Under the pieces are notes generated by a model, which had not been told where the DNA came from, did no database searches, and saw nothing but the letters and a program-made list of their open reading frames with translations. Below, one piece after another: positions 55,690-64,000 of a DNA stretch of 64,000 bases. The DNA is from Eledone cirrhosa (lineage: Eukaryota): positions 86,924,001-86,988,000 of the forward strand of contig OZ024740.1 in NCBI GenBank assembly GCA_964016885.1, read 5' to 3'. The translations under genes were made by a program, and so were the position numbers. Position 1 is the first letter of the stretch, and the number at the start of each line of letters is the position of its first letter.

Positions 55690-57260
55690 CAATCTTCTTC
55701 TACTTCTTCATCCAAGCTAATGGATGTTATCCAAACATGTTGCTCGGAGTCTACCCCTTGGTCTCCTGATGGTTGGTTTTGCCCATACATTCTGTCTAGC
55801 GATTCTTTCCTGAGACATTCTAACCACATGCCCATAGTATGAGAGCTGTAATCTCTCATTTGGAGAAGTAGCAGCTCTACCTGGAGTGACTCTCTGATCT
55901 CCGAGCTATGCACTCTGTCTAGTAATGTTACTCCAAAGACCCTTTGGAGGAACTTCATTGCAGCCACTTGGGTTAGCATGAATACCGAATTGAAGATAGT
56001 GAGTTTGGCTGTTACCCTTACCTCCCATCTTCTTATTACAGAATGCTGAAGCTGATTCAGCCTCCTGCCATCCATCATTCATGAACACAGCCCCGAGATA
56101 TTTGAACTTCTCTACCAGTAGAAATCCATTCACATGCAGAGTGCACTACGCAGGCTTCCTTGAGAGGATGAGTGTCTCAGTTTCCGTAGCAATGATTATT
56201 ATTCCAGCCATGCAGTACCCATCATCAAACCTATCGAGTGCAAGTCGGAGATGACTTTTGTTGAGTTAAGTAACACCATGTCGTCTGAAATTCCAGCTGA
56301 CTGATTTTTCACCTGCCAGTCAGGATACCATTTCAAACTCAGCAGTGCATATCAATCCTGTTCATGTAAATAATGAACAGGAGAGGTGACAGTATGCACT
56401 CTTGGCAGAGTCCAACTCCCACACTGAATGGTTTTGATTTAGCACCATTTATCCAAACACAAATACTCGGGCATTTTTATAGACACATCAGGGCAGGAAG
56501 AAGCTGGCCATCAGTCCCATACTCCTGCAGAACCTTTCACAGCAGGTTCTGAGGAACACAGTCATATGCCTTTTCAAGGTCAACAAAACAAGAATACATC
56601 TCTTAACAATACTCCCACGATTTCTTGAAGACCTGCTGCAGTATGAATATTTGGTTGGCTGAGTTTCATCCGGGGTGAAAACCACACTGTTCATCAGCTA
56701 GCTTGGACTTGACAATCTCCCTGCATCTCTTTGCCAGACACTTAGCATAGACTTTACTGGGGAGGCTTAACAAGGAGATCCTTCTGTAACTGAAACAATC
56801 TCCCTTGTCTCCCTTTTTGAAAATTGGCATTATCACTCATGACTAACATTGCTTAGGTGCCTTTCCAGAGATCCAGGTGTTAAATGATGTGGGTGAAAGA
56901 GGCTTGGTATGGTGCCAGATGGCAGGAGGACCCCTTGGTTCAATCAAGATATCAAAGATGACATCCAAGCAAAGAAGAGGACTTACATAGTTTGGCTCAG
57001 CAATAAATCCTCCTTCTTGCATTTGCAGTACAAGCAGGCTCAAAGAATCACAGCAAAGACAGTAAAGGCATCCAAAGTTAAGATATGAGAAGATTTTGGG
57101 GTTAAGAGGGAATCTGACTTCAGATCAGCAAATAAAGTGTTCTGGCAGACCATCTGCTGACTTTGTAATAAGATGCCCTCCTGCACACTTAATATCAAAA
57201 ACTTATCTTCAGAGAGGTGCATCCTTGCCAGGTGGAGAAAATACTTTGATGTCCTAAATC
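55690..57260. mobile_element. Second RTE family remnant: 3' part on minus (55690-56840), upstream part on plus (56860-57260)
   Basis: KFKYLG, AMKFLQRVFGVTLLDRV and LSPLLFIIYM on minus; SANKVFWQTI on plus. Confidence 0.7.
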
Positions 57261-57807
57261 CGAGGAATTTGCTAAAAGTTTTGATTATTTCATTACTAAG
57301 ACAGTAATTTAAGATTTTGTTTGTATATAAAATTATGCAGGAAGCTTTCAACTTAAATAGGAACCCTTTAAAATGGGTGCTGCTTTTTTCATGGAAACAG
57401 CCAGTTTGGCTAGGTAGGCATCAAAAGGGTTTAATCAAAGAGACATAGCAGGACATTTTATATATGCATGTTTCTTTATGAAGCTGTTGAATAAAGGATG
57501 GAAATACTGTGATTAATTGAAAGAGTAATCAGGTTTGAGATCTTCCAGTTAAATCAATATTGCTATACTTAATTGTACTATGGGCAATAGAAAGAACAAT
57601 AGTGTATAAAACTACTTTTAGAAGCCACTGACGAAGTCTCTGTAAATTCCCTATCTGCAAGAAATAACATCCAAATTTGCTTTTAATCACACCATACCTC
57701 CTTAAATAATGAAGGCCACATTAGATATGCAAAAAAAAAATGACAGGATGGTCAAAGCTGAGATGCTTCTAATCAATCAGAGCTGAACTTTTAATGATGA
57801 AGATATC

Positions 57808-57843
57808 ACTACACTTTGATCTTAGCCAAGGTCGAGAAGCAAT
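57808..57843 (-). pseudogene. U2: U2 snRNA 5' fragment
   Basis: Minus strand attgcttctcgaccttggctaagatcaaagtgtagt matches the U2 5' end ATCGCTTCTCGGCCTTTTGGCTAAGATCAA(A)GTGTAGT. Confidence 0.85.
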
Positions 57844-59344
57844 ACTCTTATAAAGATAATACTTATCTCTATACCTTGTAAAAGGATAAAAAAATAAACT
57901 ACACAAACATCAAACAAAAAACAAAATGTAAAGGCTATATCTATTCTGTGGAACACTCAGACATATTCTCATATAAATTTACTTTATACAGGACGTTTGT
58001 TTTAGTTAAATTTTGCACCACTCAGCCATTTTCATTCTATTGCTGGATGAAGCTGCAACAACTATGCTGGATTGGAGCAGAATTTGAATTGAAAATGCAA
58101 AGAACTGCTCAATGCTTTACAAACTCTGCCAATCTACTGTTTTTGACTGATGATTCATTTAAAGACTCAAAATGGATGTAAGTCAAAGTTGACCCCAGCA
58201 TGATTTGAACTCCTGGTGCAGAGAACTAGAATAGATACTGCAAGCCATTCTATCTGACATGCTATTGAACATGCCAATTCACTTTGTTACTTTATTTTTT
58301 GTTTCATTGAAAATGAACTCTTTTTTTTTATTTTTCTAACTGAAGAATCAATATATTTCTTCAATTTAAAAAAAATTTCTATATCATATGATGAGTTTAG
58401 ATTGACAAAAGGTTTAATTTCACAGGTAGCTCTGAGAGTTTTGATCTTGATGAGATCTATACAGAGTAAATTGTAATTCTGTAAATATACTTCACTTAGT
58501 AAATGTAAAACTGAAGCCTTGAGCTGTCAGTTGATTAAGATTCCAATCATAATGAAATTAGCATTCATCAACACACACTCACAGCATGAAGTATTAGACT
58601 AAACAGTTTTTCCAAATGTAGAGACTTGTAAAAAGAAAAAAAGTAGTTCATATAATGACACATACGCAGAAACACACACCATACTGTTAGTGTCTTTGGG
58701 TATTGAAGTAAATGTACTTAATGTTTTCTGTTTTTATGGTGTTCTTTAAGTTTTCTTTGTTTTTTACTATGATCTCATAAAAGATATTGAGAGAGAAACT
58801 TGAATGTTTGGTCAACCTTAATTATGATGTAGAAAGGAATCAATAAGGTACTCAGGAGACTGTAATTAACCATGTTCATGTGTGTGTTATTGTGTATATA
58901 CATGTGTGTACACAAATGCACAAGGTTTTAGTTAAATGATTCTTTATCCACTTTGATCTGCCCACACTAGAGTTGCATAAAAATAGAGAGACTTAAAGAC
59001 CATTACTTAAAAAATAAATGTCCAAACTACTTGAAGTTTTTTATTATTTCACTCTCTACCCATCTCAACACCCACTAACTCATTTAATTGACTAAAGCCA
59101 GTATTTGACATTAACTTAGTTTATCAGTTCCCCATAAAGATAGAAAAACAAGATTGGAGTTCAGAAATGTGAGGTACTGAACAATTTGTTGCGCTTCTCT
59201 ACAACCACTTATGCCAACACCGCAATCCTAGCAGACAGAAATATAAAAAATAAAATAGATTTTAAAAATAAAAAAAATAATAAAAAAAGTTAATCATTCA
59301 TTCATTCTTTGCTTAAACATGTCATAGCACCAGACACAAATACA

Positions 59345-62300
59345 TATACACATTATGTATGTTCTTCTGGTTTTATAATTTCACAAAGTTTTACCAATAG
59401 AGAGAGAGTCGGTTTCTAACATAGACACAAGACTCTCTCATTGGAATTTACACATCATCAACTAGGTAGATATGTATGCATGCATGTGTAGATATGGATG
59501 TTATTGTATGTGTGGATGTGTATGTTTTGAGTTGTATGTGTGGATGTGTATGTTTTGAGTTGTATGTGTGTATGTGTATGTTTTGAGTTGTATGTGTGCA
59601 TGTGTATATGCTTTGTATCTGTACATGTGTATATGCAGTTATTAGATGCAACATTTTTGGAATGTTTTACATATTTTTACTGTTCCATTAATGGATTGTA
59701 TTTGTAATTTCCTAACTAGTTGTGTTCTTTCTGTTCCTGTGAAGCCTAGCTTCTCAAGATTTGTATTGAGGCAGTTACTAACATATCCCAGTGCCCCAAT
59801 AATCACAACATAAATCAGGGTGGAGTATCTGCAGATTTCTCATCAGTTCTGCATAAATATTCGCCTTTTCACTAATCTTTGATATTATATTGGCATCTGC
59901 TGGGCAGCTAATTTCCACTACTGTGCATGCTTTCTTCTCCCTGTCCCATATCACAATATCTGGTCTGTTCTGCCTGCATTTTTGGGGGGTTTTTACTGGA
60001 ACATTCCACCAGTACTCTTTCATATTATGTACATGGATGTCTTCCAAATTGTTGTAGCTTTTAATGTGTTTATTATCGGGGTTATCTTTTTTACGAACTG
60101 CATTGACAGTGTTTTGGCCACTACATCATACCTCATAGGTAGATAGTACTGCGATGACATCTTTGGACAGCTGCTGATGACATGGGTGATATCCTCAATC
60201 TTAGTTCTGCAGAGTCTTCACTTGTTATCACATCTAGGTGTTTTGCCTGCATCCCTATCTCTTTTGTGAATCAGGTATTTCGTGCTAATCTCCTGTTCCT
60301 GGATTGCAAAAGCGTATCCTTCAAAGTGGGAGCCAATATAGCGGTTGTTGGTCCAAGATAGACTACTTTCCTTATCTATATTATTCTCACTCGGGAGCTT
60401 CCTGGCAACATATCCATGCATGATTTTTTTGCTGATAGGCATGCAGTTTTTCATCCATGGATTCACTGCGATACTGCTGAGCGATATCCCTGAGTGTGAG
60501 TTTTTGATTATCACACAGGGAATATCTCTCAAGGAGTTCCTTCCCAACTCTCATGATCTTATCTGTTTCATGCAGATAGACTTGCTCGAGAAACGGGCTC
60601 CTACGCTTTGAGGTTCGTAGATGTTGTCGGAGAGATATGATGCGACATTCAAATGTTGTCTAGACTGATGTTAGGCCTCTGCCTCCCTGCTTATGTTTCA
60701 AGTAAAGGCGGTCTATGTCACTGTTGATGTGGAAGTTTCCGGTGTTGTTCAGTATTTTTCGAGTTTCAACATCAACTGCTCGGATTTCGTCTATCGTCCA
60801 ATTGAGTATTCCAAACGTTGGTATTAGGGCAGGCACAGCAAACACATTGTGAGCCACTGTTTTGTTTTGCGAAGAGAGTTCCGATGACCAAACCTTTCTT
60901 AATCGGGTGTAGTATTCCCTGGTTACGCGTTCTTTATTACAGATACCATTATAGGATATGTTCTCATCTATCCTGAGGTATCTGTAGCAGTCCTCATCAG
61001 ATATCGGTGAAACAGTTAGGCCATTGATGACAATGCTGCTAGATTGGGTTGTTGTTTTTCCCCGCTTTACAGTCATGTATGAGCATTTATTTTGGCCAAA
61101 CTCCATTCCTATATCCTTTGAGAACGTTGTAACCAGGTCAAGATTTTTCTTCATCCCATCCATGTTCTTGGCATAGAGTTTCAGATCGTCCACAAAGAAA
61201 TTATGGGTTAGGTTCGTATTTCTGTCCTCCTGTAAGCCAATGATGTATCCCTCGCATTTCTTGAGCAGAAAGGACAAAATGAGTAATATCACAGAGAGAC
61301 TGTCCCCCTGAAATATACCCCTGCAATATTTTATTTTATCAGTGAAAATAGAGTCCTCCCTCTCTGCCTTTAAACTTAGGATAGTAGCCCAAGAAGAAGA
61401 CAGCCTCTCTATGGCTCTGACAATAATGTCTGGGACTTTAGAAAGTTGGAGGGCCTCTATCATCCAAGAGTGGGGAACAGAATTGAAAGCTTTCCTGTAG
61501 TCCAGCCAGACTGTAGTCATATTCCTCCTAAGTTGTCGTACCTCCGACATCGCAGTTTTGTTGATTAGAAGTTGTTTCTTTCTTTCCAGCTGCTTGTTCA
61601 TCTGTGATGATATTATTATTTTCACAGTGATCTTGGAGGAATAGGTTCAAGTAGGCTGTATACATCTTATAGATCAGGTTCTGGCATGCAATGGGTCGGT
61701 AGTTTTTTGCCAAGTGGGTGTCTTTGTTCTTGGGGACCAGTAACGCTTGTGCTAATGTCAACCATTCTGGTATAAGTGTATCTCCCTTAAGAACTTGTTG
61801 GTAGAGGTCAGTAAGATACCTCCGATAGAATATTAGTTTTTTGTACCAGTAGCCGACAATCATATCTCTTCCTGGTGTTTTCCTATCACAGTCTCAAGGG
61901 CACCCTCACTTATTTTGTATGTTTTTGTTGTAGTGTAGGAGCAATAGTTCTTTCGGATTTCTCTTAGCCACACTGCATCTTGGTTGAAATTCTTCTTTTC
62001 ACCCCATATTTTTCTCCAAAAGGAATCTATGTCTTTCTGGTATGGGCCTCAGTGACACTTATTATTTTGCCCTTCATATCTCTATAGACTGATGTTTGGT
62101 TTCGTCTGAATCTTTTATTAAGCACTTTTCTCTCATCTACCTTCTTCAGGTATCAACGTTTTTCGCTAACAGCTCTCAATTCTTGTTTGAGGGTGATCAG
62201 CTTATATTGGAGAGTTCTGGTTCTACTGTTACCAAACATCATCTCTATTTTATTTTTCACTCTTTGTTGGTGAGGAGTGAGGTTTTTTTGTGTTTGTTTG

Positions 62301-63443
62301 CATGTAAGGAGCATTGTCACATATCCTATGTTTTTTCGTTGGTCAGCACTCTATTTTTTCTATTTTAGTTATATATGATGGTATTTTTGGTGGAGTTCTG
62401 TTCTTGTTAATATCTCTGCTATCACCAAGATAATGCTTCACTGTCGTTGCTAAGGCATATAAACAGGCGTTGATTTGCCAAAATGTTGGGGTTTTTATCC
62501 GTTGTAAATATTCAACCTCTATTTCGTCAATAACACGTAGTATTTCATTATTTTGTTTTTTATTCACCATTGTCATTTTAACACGTTCAGCAAGAGAGAT
62601 ATTTATACATGAGTTAATTTCTCTCTGGAAGATTTCGTTGAGGGAAATTTTCAATTGTTTATACTTTTGATTATCATTATTGATAGTATTTTCCACAACA
62701 GTCGAGGTAGACTCAGATGGTACACGTGGTGTCACATTTATTTGATTATTATTATTATCGATAGTGTTTTCCTCAGCATTCGAGGTAGACTTAGATGGTA
62801 GAGGCGGTGTCAAGTTTCTTACAGGCATAGTTGTTTCAAGGCGCTGTTCGACCTGGCTGCTAGGAAGTCTAGTAGCAAGGCGACCTGTAGCACGTGTTGT
62901 TCATAACATGTTTGTTGTTGGGTTTCTTACAATTAATAATATTTATCTTATTTTTACGTTCAACAAACGTCGCTTGTTGGCGTAATTGTTTCGCTGTGAA
63001 ATAATTTAGCTCTGGGTGCATTTCGTCTGAGTGTAGCTTCATTCTATTTTTTTTGCCATTTTATAACAATTAAATAAATCATTACTAAGTTCGCAACTCC
63101 AAGAGAAATGCGATTTATAATTTCGGTTTCTTCTGTAGCTACAAATGAATAAAGTTTGATTACCTTCCTTGTTATTTGTCTCCGATACTTCCTTAATTTT
63201 GTTGTTGATGTTGTGTTCAGCCATGCTGTTTGTAGCAAATCCTTGTAAAATGAATTATGTATTTAGTTGGATATCTCTACGAATTCGAATAAAAGGTGTC
63301 TTCAGAAGGGATAGTTAGAAGAATAACCAGTTATTCAACCTGACTGTAGTTGTGGCATTACTGTCGGAGATAGTATTCATCTTAAATTTACTAAATAGTC
63401 TCCCACGCCAAAATATGCGACTGATCGCATTGACTGTCTTTGT
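59345..63443 (-). mobile_element. Decayed R4/Dong-clade non-LTR retrotransposon (RT plus RLE endonuclease)
   Basis: NYRPIAC, WLDYRKAFNSVPH, GIFQGDSLS, FVDDLKLYA, GGRGL and RPDIVIWD...VEISCP motifs; multiple frameshifts; ends approximate. Confidence 0.9.
59504..59610. repeat. 28-bp minisatellite (ttgtatgtgtggatgtgtatgttttgag, about 3.5 copies) in the R4 3'UTR
   Basis: Direct reading. Confidence 0.85.
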
Positions 63444-63483
63444 TTGTATGTATGTATGTATGTATGTATGTATGTATATACAA

Positions 63484-63517
<34 letters not shown>

Positions 63518-63520
63518 TGA

Positions 63521-63860
63521 GGCACATGGCTTAGTGGTTAGAGCATTGGCCTTGCAATCGAAAGGTTGTGAGTTCAATTCTCAGACCGGGTGATGTGTTG
63601 TTTCCTTGAGCAAGACACTTTATTTCACATTGCTCCAGTTTACTCAGCTGTAGAAATGAGATGATAGGGACTGGGGTCCCTATCATTCCACTGCAAAGTG
63701 GTCGTGGGGGTGCCATGGCAAAAAAACACCCAGCACTCACTGTAAATGAGGTTGGTGTTAGGAAGGGCATCCAGCTGTAGAAATCAAGCCAGAATCAGTT
63801 CCCGTCCCACCCTTGCAAGCAGGGAAAAAGCGGACGTAAAATGATGATGATGATGATGAT
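63521..63860 (+). mobile_element. SINE family B, nearly identical to the 16507 copy
   Basis: Only a handful of differences across about 330 bp. Confidence 0.9.
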
Positions 63861-64000
63861 ATATATATATTAATTGGAGGCCATTTATACAGGCTGTTGA
63901 GCATTTCTTTTTATCTGCTTCACAACCGACAGACCATACCATGGTGTGATCAGCACATCCCTGTTCTGTTATCCCCTTACTATATATATATATATATATA

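Noticed and set aside
63330-63443. HDV-like ribozyme at the R4 5' end
   Set aside because: A consistent P1-P4 pairing could not be built by eye

Overview
AT-rich, repeat-dense metazoan DNA. The tRNA-SINE, RTE and microsatellite landscape resembles octopus/coleoid cephalopod genomes; this is inference. The window is mostly intron of one minus-strand gene. Four phase-consistent exons (19836, 16353, 13027, 5235) encode a Tyr/Pro-rich, low-complexity region, tentatively the cytoplasmic tail of a nephrin/Sns-like receptor, and there are a few candidate micro-exons. Mobile DNA comprises a near-complete RTE LINE (APE-RT-Cys/His finger) broken by one 1-bp deletion, a decayed R4/Dong-type RLE LINE in a (CATA)n site, other RTE and R4 fragments, two tRNA-SINE families and several MITEs. 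Main signals beyond the ORF track: (1) a cluster of minimal hammerhead-ribozyme motifs at 37.5-40.2 kb, two of them tied to long hairpins with 78-bp and 97-bp arms and 19-nt spacers, consistent with Penelope-like elements; (2) an HDV-like ribozyme candidate at 1.5 kb; (3) two SINE-LINE tail-sharing relationships, one clear (RTE) and one candidate (R4); (4) a U2 snRNA 5' fragment. All analysis was by eye, with no database search.
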